Origin: Octopus sinensis
Taxonomy: Eukaryota
DNA length: 52,705 nt
Direction: 5' to 3'
Assembly (NCBI RefSeq): GCF_006345805.1
Contig: NW_021833945.1
Location: 1-52,705, forward strand
Shown here: piece by piece, positions 1 through 11,767 of the stretch
Layout of the letters: each line of letters begins with the position of its first letter
How positions within the stretch are numbered: position 1 is the stretch's first letter
The notes under the pieces: model-generated
The model's database searches: none
Told to the model about the DNA's origin: nothing
What the model saw: the letters and a program-made list of their open reading frames with translations, nothing else
Position numbers and translations under genes: made by a program

Positions 1-757
1 TCAAGATAATTATTAAAATGTACCCACTACTATGAAGTTAAAAGTTTAGTTGGATAAAATGTGAAACGTAACTATTTACTTACAGACTTCAACAGATGGA
101 AATGAAAATAGATGACAGAGAAAAACTGAAGTGAAACTTTAAAAATGGTGAATAACTAAAAAAAAAAAAGTTACATGTATACATAGAAAAGTAAAAAAAA
201 AAAAATAAATGGAAAGAAAAAGAAACGATGAAATTTAAAAGATGATATGAAGGCGATGGATGTTTAAGAAAAAGAAAGAACGATGACAAGAATGAAATGG
301 AAAAGATGAAATATTGGAATTGATAAATGATATGAGAAAAAAAGTTAAAAACAAAAAGAATTAAATATGACAAGAATGGAATGAAAACAAAAAGATAGAT
401 TAGTAAGATTAAAATATTTCATTTACATATTTGGCTTCAAAGATTCTTGATGTGAACTCATATGTTGAAACAAATTTTATTGTATCTCAAGAGGCTCATT
501 ATGGTAATAATAAACACATGCACTGGTTCTATTTCACTGCTTATATCATTATTATTATTAATAGTTCACTAACATTTAACCAATGAACTCTTTGGTTAAT
601 TGATCAATCACCTCAGTAGATAGACCTGAAGCAGAGGGTGTGTTATTGGTGAGATCAAGAATGGTGATGAAAAGATGTTGGTGAACGTAACTGATTCACT
701 AACTGATCAAATAATTAATCCAACAGTCAATTAATTAATCAATTGACTAATAATAAT

Positions 758-945
758 TCTTTCTAATTTCAAAACAAGGCCAGCAATTTTGAGGGAATGG
801 AAAAGTCTATTATATCGTCCCTAAAACACAACTGGTATTTATTTTATCAACCCTGAAAGGATGAAAAGTAAAGTTGACCTCAGGAACATTTGAACTCAGA
901 ATGTAAAAGAACCAGAAGAAATTCCATAAAGTATTTTGTCCATTG
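758..945 (-). mobile_element. Older SINE A-related subfamily (similar copies at about 47385-47530, 48140-48355, 49556-49772, 52232-52410)
   Basis: Shares ctggtacttattttatc.acccc.aaaggatgaaaggcaaagt.gacct with family A but has a different 3' tail (cacaaggccagcaatttt on the plus strand). Confidence 0.65.
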
Positions 946-1492
946 TAGTAAATAAAAAAAAAAAAAAGACAAGCAGAAAGGGATCACAAGATGAATTCTT
1001 CAAGCCAAACCAATTAGCAGGAAACCTAGTAGCAGACTAATATCCACAGTCTCAGTTGATCACACTTGGTAATTCAGCCAGGTGTAACGATGGTTGCTTC
1101 TGGTTGGATCAAATGGTGGATGAACCAGAGGATTCTTCCCTTATGATCCTTCCAGGAATAGTGAGAAAAGAAGCTGAATGGGTGGCTGGAAATAGATCCA
1201 GTGCATGTCATTATTTCTGGCATAATGATCCTCATGAGGTACAATAAGATGAAAACCTAAGACACCAAATTTTGAAGAAGTACAATACAGAAACAGATTA
1301 TTACAAAATGAAAAGAGAAAACAAAACACAATTAAAAGCACAGAGGGGCCAACAACATTGACTGGAAACAGACACACATTGGTAAATGCAATGGAAGCAC
1401 ATCGAATATAGAATGTTTTGTTCTGTAAAATTTATATACTGAAATTCTATTTATTAACATTACTGAACTCCTATGTGCATATATATATATAT

Positions 1493-1965
1493 ATAAAATC
1501 AAAATAAGCAACAAGGATATCCAAAGGTAGTGTAGTACAATCGTTACATGCTACTTCATTTAATTAAACAATGTAAGTATTACATCAGTTTTAAAAATGT
1601 AGAGCAATCTTCAGCCACATATAGAATTTTTAATTAAATTGACAATATCATTTTTTATTACTTATTCCTTTGCCACATTTCCAAGAGGGTAGGTTTTGAA
1701 ATGTTGGCAAATGGAATAAGTATAAAATGAACATTGTCAATTAATTTTAAAATTCCATATGTGAATGAAGAGTGCTCTACATTTTAAAACTGATGTAATA
1801 CTTACATTGTTTTAAATTATGAAGTAGCATGAAACAATTGTACTACACGACCTTTGGATATCCTTGTTGCTTATTTTGATTATAATCACCCCTTTGATTT
1901 ATATGGATATACCATACCAAATTCTGGTCTTTAACTTAAGTACCATATTATTCATCTGAATCAAT
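1493..1965. mobile_element. Fold-back element family H1 (about 190 bp inverted arms plus unique tail), probable Penelope-like terminus with two hammerhead relics
   Basis: 1493-1680 is the imperfect reverse complement of about 1695-1883. Tail 1884-1965. Flanked by (TA)n and (TG)n. Second copy at 31480-31856. Confidence 0.8.
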
Positions 1966-2022
<57 letters not shown>

Positions 2023-2159
2023 TATATATACACACACACACACACAGGGTGGCAATAAGTCACCTATACAGTTACTTATAACTATTGTTTTTGTATGTAA
2101 ATGTAAATGTATAGTGACTGTACTGTCACCCTGAATGTATGTATGTAAAGAGATGTAAT

Positions 2160-2345
2160 TAAGTGGTCAGTGGTGTGTACTCATTATTGCAAGATCAAGG
2201 CTTCAATTCCAAGATCAACTTATGTGTTGTGTTTCTTGAGCAAAAACACTTCATTTCATTGACTGCAGTTCATTCAGCTGTCAACGGGTAACCCTGCAAT
2301 GGATTGGCATTCCATTCAGGGGAAATGCTGGCCTACCTACCTAGC
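2160..2345 (+). mobile_element. Decayed SINE with a V-domain-like segment
   Basis: tRNA-like head, then gtgtttcttgagcaaaaacact..cagctgtcaacgggtaaccctgcaatggattggcattccattcagggg. Confidence 0.5.
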
Positions 2346-2454
2346 CAGCAGGATGACACCATTTGAAAAGTACAACAATATGAGGAAGCACATTGTGTCT
2401 AGTGGTGTATAGCATCCGATAGCTTGGTCAATACAATAATATATATATATATAT

Positions 2455-2706
2455 ATCTGTAAAATAATATGACAATTATTCGGTAGCCAAGATAAAACTC
2501 TGAGTTTCGGATGCCGAGGTGGAAATACACACCACCGTCTTTTCAGTTATCTGGCCATCTGAAAAACGCTATGAAAAAGACCGTTATACAAAGGGAAATT
2601 TTATCTTGCTACCGAATAATTGTCACATTATTTTACAGATAAATTCCTCTATTTACATAATATTGAGGTCTCTTTCTTTCTTTTGTTATCTTGCTGTTTT
2701 TACCAA
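2455..2706. mobile_element. Short fold-back plus tail element, family H2, with a hammerhead-like motif at 2491-2551 (minus strand)
   Basis: Arms about 2455-2498 and 2599-2641, tail to 2706, in (TA)n. Second copy at 3601-3796. Confidence 0.72.
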
Positions 2707-2912
2707 TATATATATATTATATATATATATATTATATATATATATATATATAATGTGGGGAAGTCAAAAGTTATGCACACTTTAGGCATAACATATCTAT
2801 TATTGTCACACGCCTTCTGTACATGCGTGCTTATAGTTGGTATCATTGGTGGTTATGTGATCGAAGTTTGAGCCTGATCACGACATTTTTTTGGTTCTGG
2901 CTTTACAGTGTA

Positions 2913-3066
2913 ACATGGCCACTCCACTAGCAATGTGCACCAAAGAAGAACAGAGACAGTGAGCTGATTTCTCTGGTGGCGGAAGGTGTGTCAGGTGCTG
3001 AAATTCATCAGAGGCTTTTAGCACAATAAAGAGACAGTACACACCATGTAGAAGGGTGTATGAGTG
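2913..3066 (+). pseudogene. Decayed mariner transposase N-terminus (HTH)
   Basis: Reads MATPLAMCTKEEQR...FLW.EGVSGAEIHQRLLAQ..DST...RRVYE across frameshifts and stops. Confidence 0.7.
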
Positions 3067-3082
3067 TGTATGTATGTATATA

Positions 3083-3116
<34 letters not shown>

Positions 3117-3572
3117 GATTTTTCAATTCCTAGGCTAGTTGGTACACAGTTGAATCTATTCACTGCTGTACTATTCTGACTTAGCATGTTGGATACTAGA
3201 GTCGGGACACATGATGTATAAAAAATGGAACTGAGTGTGCGCGTGTTTGCTTTATGTCCTTGGTATGTATTTCAGTTTCATAATTATGCATTTATTCCCA
3301 GCAACCTTACTAATGAACTACAGATAGCAGATTGATTAATCAAGTCATTAATAGCGACACTGACGAGTACATAGTTTACTGAATTTTTATTCATTCTAGT
3401 GCCTAATGCATTGTGCCTAAGTAAATTTTCCATGGTTTGGGTTGTGATTGCTCTTTCTAGCATTATAAGTCCTATCAATGTCTACTCTTCGTGTATTTAT
3501 TATACTCAGATAACAAATTATATATATATATATATATAACTATAATATATATTATATATATATATATTATAT

Positions 3573-3600
<28 letters not shown>

Positions 3601-3603
<3 letters not shown>

Positions 3604-3796
3604 AAATATAATATGTGACAATTATTTGGTAGCCAAGATAAAACTCTGATTTTCGGATGCAGTGGTGGAAATCCCAACCACCATCTCTTGGCTTTTATCT
3701 TGGCTACCGAATAATTGTCAAATATTATATTTACAGATAATTCCTCTATTTACATAATATTGAGGTCTCTTCTTTGTTATCTTACCGTTTTTACCT
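3601..3796. mobile_element. Fold-back plus tail element, family H2, shorter copy
   Basis: Same arms (gacaattatt.ggtagccaagataaaa) and tail (ttcctctatttacataatattgaggtctct) as 2455-2706. Confidence 0.72.
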
Positions 3797-3803
3797 ATAT
3801 ATA

Positions 3804-3834
<31 letters not shown>

Positions 3835-4536
3835 ATCACCGTTTTTTTAATGCCTAGTTTTCAGTACTTGTATGGTTCAGACAAGAATATGATTGAGCAA
3901 AGTTTTCTACAGCCAGAAACTCTTTATGTTGATGCCAATCCCCACTTGTTTGCAAGTGAGGTAATAATCTGTGAGTCTATCAAACAACGAGTAGCCCTGA
4001 CATGTTTATGCAGAGAACTGGAAACAAACAATGTTGTATGAATAAGTCTTTTGTTTACAAAGATCATGTAACATGTCAAGAAAATCATAGGCTAACTCAA
4101 GTCATTCGATAGCCCGGTCTGACCATTGATTCTCAAAGTCAAAAGAAAATATGTAGTAGGACTTTTAATTCTCCAAAACAAAACTGAGCTGGCATGAACT
4201 CAGGGTTTAATTATACTAGCCTTCAAGAACATCTCATTATGCCCCATTCACAATTAAAATGATTTCATTAACAATTCTATTTTTTTTTATTCATTATCAA
4301 CCCATTTTTTTGTTTTTTTTATTTATTCATTCTAACTTCCATTTAAACAAAAATCTTTCAGATTGAAACATTGAGATATTAAAAATATTTTTCATACTTA
4401 TTCTTTTGCTGTTACCGAACTGACTAAATTTCCTATATGATAACGCTTCTGTATAGGTTATGTTGATTTTAAAACCTACTAAATTCTCGCTATGTATTGT
4501 GTTTTCTTTTTGTTTTTTTGATTTCAGTGAATATAC

Positions 4537-4775
4537 CTTAACAATAACCTCATGGGGTTGCAGTGTAGGGGAGGCATTCTGGGTGAGGAGCACCTGCAAC
4601 GATGTTGAAGAACGTGTTCGTGGCAGACCAGCTGCTGTGGCATGAAGTTTGCTAGGATCGGCATCGACAGAAGACTGCGTCTCAGGAAGGGATTTTTTCC
4701 GTCGCATCTTGGGGCTGTGGTTTGGTGCCATCAGACACTTATGTTCAGGAGGTGGACTTGTTCTGCTGTTTCTAC
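4537..4775 (-). CDS. PDZD8: PDZD8 exon, Ser/Pro-rich region before the coiled coil (RNSRTSPPP...HEVIVK)
   Basis: Acceptor atattttacag, phase 1 start matches the previous exon, GC-richer coding-like sequence (ORF 4327..4731). Donor AAG|gtatat chosen; earlier GT sites are possible alternatives. Confidence 0.82.
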
Positions 4776-5939
4776 CTGTAAAATATAAATTTTTTTAAAT
4801 GTATAAGTTTTATTAAAGATGCTTATTTTTTTTTTTTTTTCAGATTATTATCTTTATAATTAGAATGTATACTGCAACAAATCTCCTTTTTTACTTCTGT
4901 ATTCTACAGATAACACTGTATCAAAATTTAAATTCTTTTCTTTTTTTATATTTGGTCAGAGAATGTAATTTTCTCTTTGCTTCTCATATCTAGAAATCAA
5001 AAGAAATGACTGCTATTCCCTTCAAACCTTACTTTCGTGACCTAGACATCAATGTTTTGAAACTGACCTATTTTCCATTACATTTCAAACAGATTCAGAA
5101 CCAAGTTGCTGAAGCAGAAATATCGTTATAGAAGATATTTTGCTCAATACCACAGATTTGTTTGTCAGTTGCTTGACCTTAACCATTTGAGCATGTCCCT
5201 TAGAGGTTGACAATATGTGCATCTCTGATCATGAGCAGGAATATTGGGGGAACATCATAGCCATGTGTTGAGGTGGATTCTTTGGAGTTTGAATAAATGT
5301 AACAAAAGCAAAGTTTGAAGGAAATATTAACCATTTTTCATACTTTCTCAGGGTTAGCAAATAGGAAATAACACTTGTTACCCAAGGACAAAAATCATGT
5401 TACACAGTGTAAGCAATCCTGTATTTTTTAATCATTTTCTCATTCCATACATAAATTGGTGTGGTTGTTCCTGTTTTCACATTATGGGGAGGTGGGGGTT
5501 TGCTTCAGAATCACATCCGTTTACAAGTTCTTCTTAAGAATCTCTACGTTTGTAACAAGACCCCAGAGTGTCAACAAATCTGTGATTATTTTGCAGACTG
5601 TCTTTCTAGTTGTGGTGTGACTATAAGCTATGGATGCTCTAATATTCAGAGTCATAAAACGAAATCATTTTCATTCCTCGATACTTCTCTCACCAGCAAC
5701 TAAAACTATTATTTACTTCTCCAAATTATCTTCCCTTTCCTCCTTATTTTGAAATCTCTACTAATGAGATTTTGTCTTCAATTCAGTGTTAAAAGATGAT
5801 GGTTTAAATATTTCTGTTCATGGATTCAGTTTCTGATATGTGACATTTACATTAACCAAGGATGATAACTGGGTAGATATGATAAACAATTTATGAGAAT
5901 AGAAGATTAGAAAGCAATGAAGAATGCCATCATCAACAG

Positions 5940-6602
5940 CAGCGGTTCTCAAATGGGATCCATATGGACCCAGACCCTGGTGGTTCATATAAGATTTTGT
6001 TGGGGTCTACAGATGTAAAATAGTAAATTGGGGGCCCACAGTAATTTTTCAGGGGTCATGAAAAGCTTGTGCTTCAGACCAGTAAAGTTTATCTGCAATA
6101 AATTGGTTGTGCATCTACAAAATACAAACTGTTTAATACAATTTTTTTTATTCTGTTGTGTCTGGGGAGAGTCATTTTCTTTTTGGTGCTTATTATGTAA
6201 CACTCACTGGTAAAATTTCCACTTATTATTTTTATTTTCCTAAAATTTTCGTTGCATCTTGCAACCTTTCAATACTTATTGAAAAGTTTGCAAGATGCAA
6301 CGAAAATTTTAGGAAAATAAAAATAAGAAAACGTGGAAATTTTACCGGTGAGTGTTACATAATAAGGCACAAAAAGAAATGACTCTCCCCAGAACACAGA
6401 ATATGCTTCAACACACGAACTCATATAAAGAATCTTGCAAACCAAATCTAAAAATGAAATTTTTTTTTTTATACCATTCCTAATAATATTTGATTATAAA
6501 AATGTAATAGGATCTTTTAAACATCAACTGGCTATGGGGGTCCACCCAAGTAAAATAGGAATTAAATGAGTCCATAAGTAAAAAATGGTTTGAGAACCCC
6601 TG
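5940..6602. mobile_element. hAT-like MITE carrying a nested fold-back element
   Basis: Ends CAGCGGTTCTCAAA and TTTGAGAACCCCTG; 8 bp flanks atcaacag/acctacag are a possible decayed TSD. A shorter relative lies at 47664-47893. Confidence 0.7.
6148..6465. mobile_element. Fold-back plus tail element, family H3, nested in a hAT-like MITE
   Basis: Arms about 6148-6272 and 6283-6412, tail to about 6465. The same arm end and tail occur at about 34255-34400. Confidence 0.72.
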
Positions 6603-7359
6603 ACCTACAGCATATAATGGCATGAGTTGTTGGAAATGACAACAAATAGGTTATTTGTATCTTAAAGATATGATACATGTTGAATTATGCATTTATGTTC
6701 AGTGTTAAATCCATGGCCTTCAATAGACAAACCCCATGCAAAGTAGAAGATAAAGTGTTGCAACAGAAGAATGAAGAGACGTAAATTCTGTGTTTCAGAA
6801 ATGCAAAGTGTACTGCAAAGAGATCTAGGATTCCTTGGAACTGTTTGAAGCTATTTGGTTAATTCCTGGATTTTAAATATGGTAGTCAAATACACCCAAG
6901 GAACATCTTCAGGTACCAAAATGGGTAAATAATAATAACAGCAATAACACAAGTAAATAAATAAATAAATAAATAAATGGTAAATTGGGTGCAATATGAA
7001 GGAGTCTCTATGCAGTCACTCAACCTGCTAAAAGTAGCTGCAATATCTCCCTCAAATCAGACCCTTAAATCTTAAAAAGGAAATAACATGTTGGAAAAAG
7101 TAGCTGTGAACACACTAAAAAATGAGATATTCACAACTAGAATGCATTTGATCATAAGGTCTAGTGGATCAAGGCTGACCAGGGGTTAAAGAACAATAAT
7201 AATTAATCTTCACTAGTTGCAAATTAGCAACTCTGTCAAAGTAATTAAGCAACTTTTTTTTTAAATATAATTTTTTTTAATTTACATTTATCATTAAAAA
7301 AATTATATATTAAAGGAGAAATAAATAATTCCATTTTTTTAAACTAAAATGAAAATTAC

Positions 7360-7532
7360 CCAGATTTTTCTTTCCAGTTGGTGCAGAATCTTTTCGGAAT
7401 TTACTAAGTAAACCACCAGTTCTTGATGGAATGTCTTTTTCCTCTTGGACTTTATTTTTCTGATTCTCAGATTGCTGTGTTGTCATTGGTTTCCAGGGTT
7501 CATCAGGAATGGCTCTGTTTCTTGGCCCCTCT
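7360..7532 (-). CDS. PDZD8: PDZD8 exon, post-C1 linker (EGPRNRAIPDEPWKP...GKKNL)
   Basis: Acceptor tttcattcag, donor G|gtaatt, 173 nt open frame, phases 2 and 1 match neighbours. Confidence 0.85.
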
Positions 7533-7783
7533 CTGAATGAAACAAAATATATGAATATGAATATATATATATATAATAAATATTAGGGAATAAATCCAAA
7601 CTTACAGGGAAAAATCAGATTTAGGATTGAATCCAATTTTATAGTAAAATATATTATATTAAATTAGAGACAAAACCACTATTACGCAAATCATACAATG
7701 AAAAACTTAAGCCAATACATAAGATTATTAATTTATATTATTTAAATATATAACAAAATTATTAAAAAATATAATTAATATAA

Positions 7784-7848
7784 CACTACGATTGTTTCAT
7801 GGCTGTTAATTTCTTTAAATTTTCGAGTTACAGTCATTCATCAGGTGG
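7784..7848 (-). ncRNA. Minimal type I hammerhead ribozyme motif (mirror copy)
   Basis: Minus strand reads ccac CTGATGA ATGACTG...CAGCCAT GAAAC AATC GTA gtg; one substitution in the stem III palindrome. Confidence 0.72.
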
Positions 7849-7888
7849 TTTGGCGAGGTTTAAACCTTGCCAAGATAAATATTTAAAC

Positions 7889-7952
7889 CACCTGATGAAT
7901 GACTGTAACTCGAAAATTTAAAGAAATTAACAGCCATGAAACGATCGTAGTG
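7889..7952 (+). ncRNA. Minimal type I hammerhead ribozyme motif
   Basis: cac CTGATGA ATGACTG...CAGCCAT GAAAC GATC GTA gtg: stem I 3 bp, stem II 7 bp with one mismatch, palindromic stem III ACGATCGT. Confidence 0.78.
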
Positions 7953-8073
7953 ATATATTAATATATTTTTTGATAATTTTGTTATATATTTAAATATAAA
8001 TTAAATAATCTTATGTATTGGCTTAAGTTTTTCATTGTATGATTTGCCTAATAGTGGTTTTGTCTCTAATTTA

Positions 8074-8119
<46 letters not shown>

Positions 8120-8121
8120 AT

Positions 8122-8495
8122 ATAGGCATAGGAGTGGCTGTGTGTAAATAGCTTGCTTACCAACCACATGGTTCCAGGTTCAGTCCCACTGTGTGTCACC
8201 TTAGGCGAGTGTCTTCTACTATAGCCTTGGGCCAACCAAAGTCTTGTGAGTGGATTTGGTAGATGGGACTGAAAGAAGCCTGTCATATTTATGTGTGTGT
8301 GTGTGTGTCTGTCTGTCTCCCCGCAATTGCTTGACAACCGATGCTGGTGCGTTTTCGTCCCTATAACTTAGTGGTTCGGCAAAAGGGACCAATTGAATAA
8401 GTACTAGGCTTACAAAGAATAAGTCCTGGGGTCAGTTGTTCGAGTAAAGGTGGTGCACTAGCATGCCACAGTCAAATGACTGAAACAAGTAAAAG
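8122..8495 (+). mobile_element. tRNA-headed SINE family C
   Basis: A/B-box-like head (ggctgtgtg..ggttcagtccc), caccttgggcaagtgtctt-type domain, internal (TG)n, tail gactgaaacaagtaaaag. Confidence 0.82.
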
Positions 8496-8507
8496 GATTT
8501 TTTAAAA

Positions 8508-8555
<48 letters not shown>

Positions 8556-9754
8556 ATCATCATTTAACATCCATTTCTCATGCTGGATGTTTGGCAGAAG
8601 CTGGCAAGGTAGAGGATTGTGCCAAGCTTTGTCTACTCTGTGTGTGTGTGTGTGTGTGTGTGTTTGTTTACTTCCAATTTTCAATGTTAACAAGGATTAG
8701 AGAAATATATTATTGAAGCAGTGTTTCACAGCAGGGTCCCCGTCATTAACCTTGATCTGTTTATCAAATAAAGGATTTCTTCTTCCTCACATTTTTGAAA
8801 GCACAAACCCAGTGAATGGTTAGTTAAGAGGGGAAATGGACATTATCATTGTCACTGCTTGTAAACTCAGCAATTTTTGAAGAAGCATAAATGTAAACAA
8901 AAACACAGATACATATATGCACATGTGATAAGCTTCTTTTAGCTTTTATCTATGAAATTATAGTATATGATTCATTCTCAAGGATTTGGTGTGTTGAGGG
9001 CTTAAGTAGAAGAGACTTACCCTTGGTACTTCTGCACAGCAGAATTGAAAGTGAAAATATATGACTAGGAAACAATCTTAACTACACAGCCAAATATACT
9101 GAACATGGCTGGATTCTACATGTTAAAGGGGCAAGAAAGGGATGGAGAACTGTGTAGATTTTTTTTTCTTTCAGAAATTTGGAAGTCACGGTTAAGTGAC
9201 AAGAAACAGTGGTAAGAATCCTTCAAAAAGGCCCAAACTTATCAGTTTGATTTTGAATACAAGTCGGTTGTAAGCTCTATGATTTAAACACAGGAAAGCG
9301 TTTTACAGGCAGACTAAATTATATGTTTATCAAACATGTGGTATATGACTGATTCAATTGTTTTTGCATAGGTTTTTAGGTTTTTCTCATTTTATTTTTA
9401 GAATTGGTGAAGTACCAGACAAAATTTAATTTGTTCCACCTCTTAAGATTTGATTTCGAATCTTGTTGTGGTATATTCTGCCCTTTGTTCTTCCAAGGAT
9501 TAGTAAAATAAGTTTCAGTGACATACTAATGTCAGTATTTTGCCATTTAATAAATTAACAGTACATAATCTCTAAATTTCTATTATTTTGCCTTTTTTCT
9601 TTTTCTTCAAGTATGGTTTTCATTTCCAGGTGTTGTTATTAAGTTAGGCATGCCCTGGACCAGAAATTACCAAAAATCTAGCCAGGTTATCTAAGCTGTT
9701 GATTTAATTTCTTTCAAAATTATTATTGTGTAAAACATTAAAATGTTTACCTAC

Positions 9755-9849
9755 CGTGTGCACAATGTTTTCTCTTGGCACTTGTCTGTACATTTCTTGT
9801 GTACAATCATTCCACAAACATTACATTTAAATCCTCTTCCCATCCATAT
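9755..9849 (-). CDS. PDZD8: PDZD8 exon, second half of C1 zinc finger (IWMGRGFKCNVCGMIVHKKCTDKCQEKTLCT)
   Basis: Acceptor atttttgcag, donor CG|gtaggt, 95 nt, CxxC-x4-H-x2-C pattern. Confidence 0.93.
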
Positions 9850-10490
9850 CTGCAAAAATAGTAACAAAAGAAACAAATTAAAAAAAGAGAAAAACAAATA
9901 AAAAATAGTAATAATCATTAAAAAATTTTTTTCAAAATAGGTGCAAGAATTGTTCCGTAGTTAAAATGTTCATTTTGCAACCACATGGTTTTAAGTTCCT
10001 TCTACTATAGTCCTGGTTCATCCAATGCCATATGAGTGGATTTGGTAGACAGAAACTGTGTGAAAGCTTGGAAGCCAGGTTGAGCCATTGCCTCAGAACA
10101 TTGAGAGGTTACAGTTCCAGTGCTACAGACATATTAGAATGTGACAGGAAAGGATCAAAAGACAAATTCTTCAGGCTGAACCAACCAGCAGGAGACTTAG
10201 GAGTAGACTAAGAATATGATGGTTAGATAATAATCCATAGTTTCAGTTGGTCATGCTTGAGAATCCATCCAACAGGAAAGTCTCATTACGGTTGCTTTTG
10301 ATAGAATACTTTGGAGAAGATGCTTGATGACTTTCCTTCCATGAACCTCCCAGAAGCAGAGAAGATGGATGTGTGTGTGTGTGTGTGTTTGACCCTTTCC
10401 CCTACTGCTTGACAGCCAGTGTTAGTTTGTTTACACCCTTCTAACTTAGTGGTTTGGCAAAAAAGACTGACAGAATAAATACCATACTTA

Positions 10491-10853
10491 GGCGGCAAGC
10501 TGGCAGAAACGTTAGCACGCCGGGCGAAAAGCTTAGCGGTATTTCGTCTGCTGTTACGTTCTGAGTTCAAATTCGACCTCGGCAGAATTTGAACTCAAAA
10601 CGTAGAGGCAGACGAAATACCTATTTCTTTACTACCCACAAGGGGCTAAACACAGCGGGGACAAACAAGGACAGATAAACGGATTAAGTCGATTACATCG
10701 ACCCCAGTGCATAACTGGTACTTAATTTATCAACCCTGAAAGGATGAAAGGCAAAGTCGACCTCGGCAGAATTTGAACTCAGAACGTAGAGGCGGACGAA
10801 ATACCACTAAGCATTTCGCCTGGTGTGCTAACGTTTCTGCCAGCTCGCTGCCT
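10491..10853 (-). mobile_element. tRNA-headed SINE family A: full minus copy with an extra fragment and an inverted head
   Basis: Full copy 10620-10853; body includes gcctttcatcctttc.gggtcgataaattaagtaccag, which resembles the Deu/Nin-type central domain. Confidence 0.85.
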
Positions 10854-10864
10854 TAGAACTTATG

Positions 10865-11190
10865 ATGGAATTCAGTCAGTTACAATGACGAGGGTTCCAG
10901 TTTATCTGATCAACAGAATAGCATGCTTGTGAAAGGAAAGTGCAAGTGGCTGAGTACTCCACAGACATGTGTACCCTTAACATAGTTCTTAGGGAGATTC
11001 AGTGTGACACAGATTATGACAAGGTTGGGCCTTTGAAATATAGGTTCTACTCATTTTTGCCAGCTGAGTGGACTGGAATAATGTGAAATAAAGCGTCTTG
11101 CTCAAGGACACAATGCATCACCAGGAATTGAACTTGCAACCTTACAATCATGAGCCAAATGCCTTCACCACTAAGCCATGCACCTTCACA
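10865..11190 (-). mobile_element. tRNA-headed SINE, fourth family
   Basis: Minus strand has gcatggcttagtggtgaaggcatttggctcatgattgtaaggttgcaagttcaattcc (tRNA-like head), then gtgtccttgagcaagac. Confidence 0.65.
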
Positions 11191-11413
11191 GAACTTATGG
11201 CAGCACACATTAAAATCCTGTGTTTATTTGGATGATATATAAGAAGAGGAGGAAGAAATTATACAAGGAAAATAAAACAAATAATGAAAGAGTAAGAAAA
11301 AAAATTAAATATAATGAGCTATAAAAGACAGGATGGTCATGACTGGAATGCTATGGTGAAAATAAATAAATAAATGAAATTTGAAGAGGGAGGAAAAAGA
11401 GATGTGGACTTAC

Positions 11414-11486
11414 CTTTCTTGCACAAAAGACACAACAGTAGGAAGCAGATTGGTATGGTGTACAGTTGACAACAAATTTGTGGTTT
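11414..11486 (-). CDS. PDZD8: PDZD8 exon, first half of C1 zinc finger (NHKFVVNCTPYQSASYCCVFCARK)
   Basis: Strong donor AAG|gtaagt, weaker aag acceptor after a T tract, 73 nt. Phases match both neighbouring exons and it supplies the H..CxxC half of C1. Confidence 0.8.
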
Positions 11487-11681
11487 CTTTTGAAATTCCA
11501 GATTTTCAAAAAAAAAAAAAGACAATACATATAATATATTTATATATCTAAACATACTTATATATCTTTATATATATCTGAACACCTACATATATACACA
11601 AAAATGTACCAAGTATATATTCTGTTTTGCAGGTATCTTAGCCCTAAGATTAAGAATACCATTACAATGTATATATATGAA

Positions 11682-11767
<86 letters not shown>

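Larger units (their letters stand above)
7577..8080. mobile_element. Fold-back element family H4 (about 200 bp arms plus tail) in (TA)n
   Basis: About 7652-7852 is the reverse complement of about 7884-8080. Unique tail 7577-7650. (TA)n on both sides. Confidence 0.82.

Noticed and set aside
1141-1430. Candidate next PDZD8 exon after an acceptor-like site at about 1422
   Set aside because: Translation has no resemblance to the expected DDSVF..AKE.G and coiled-coil region; that exon probably lies left of the window.
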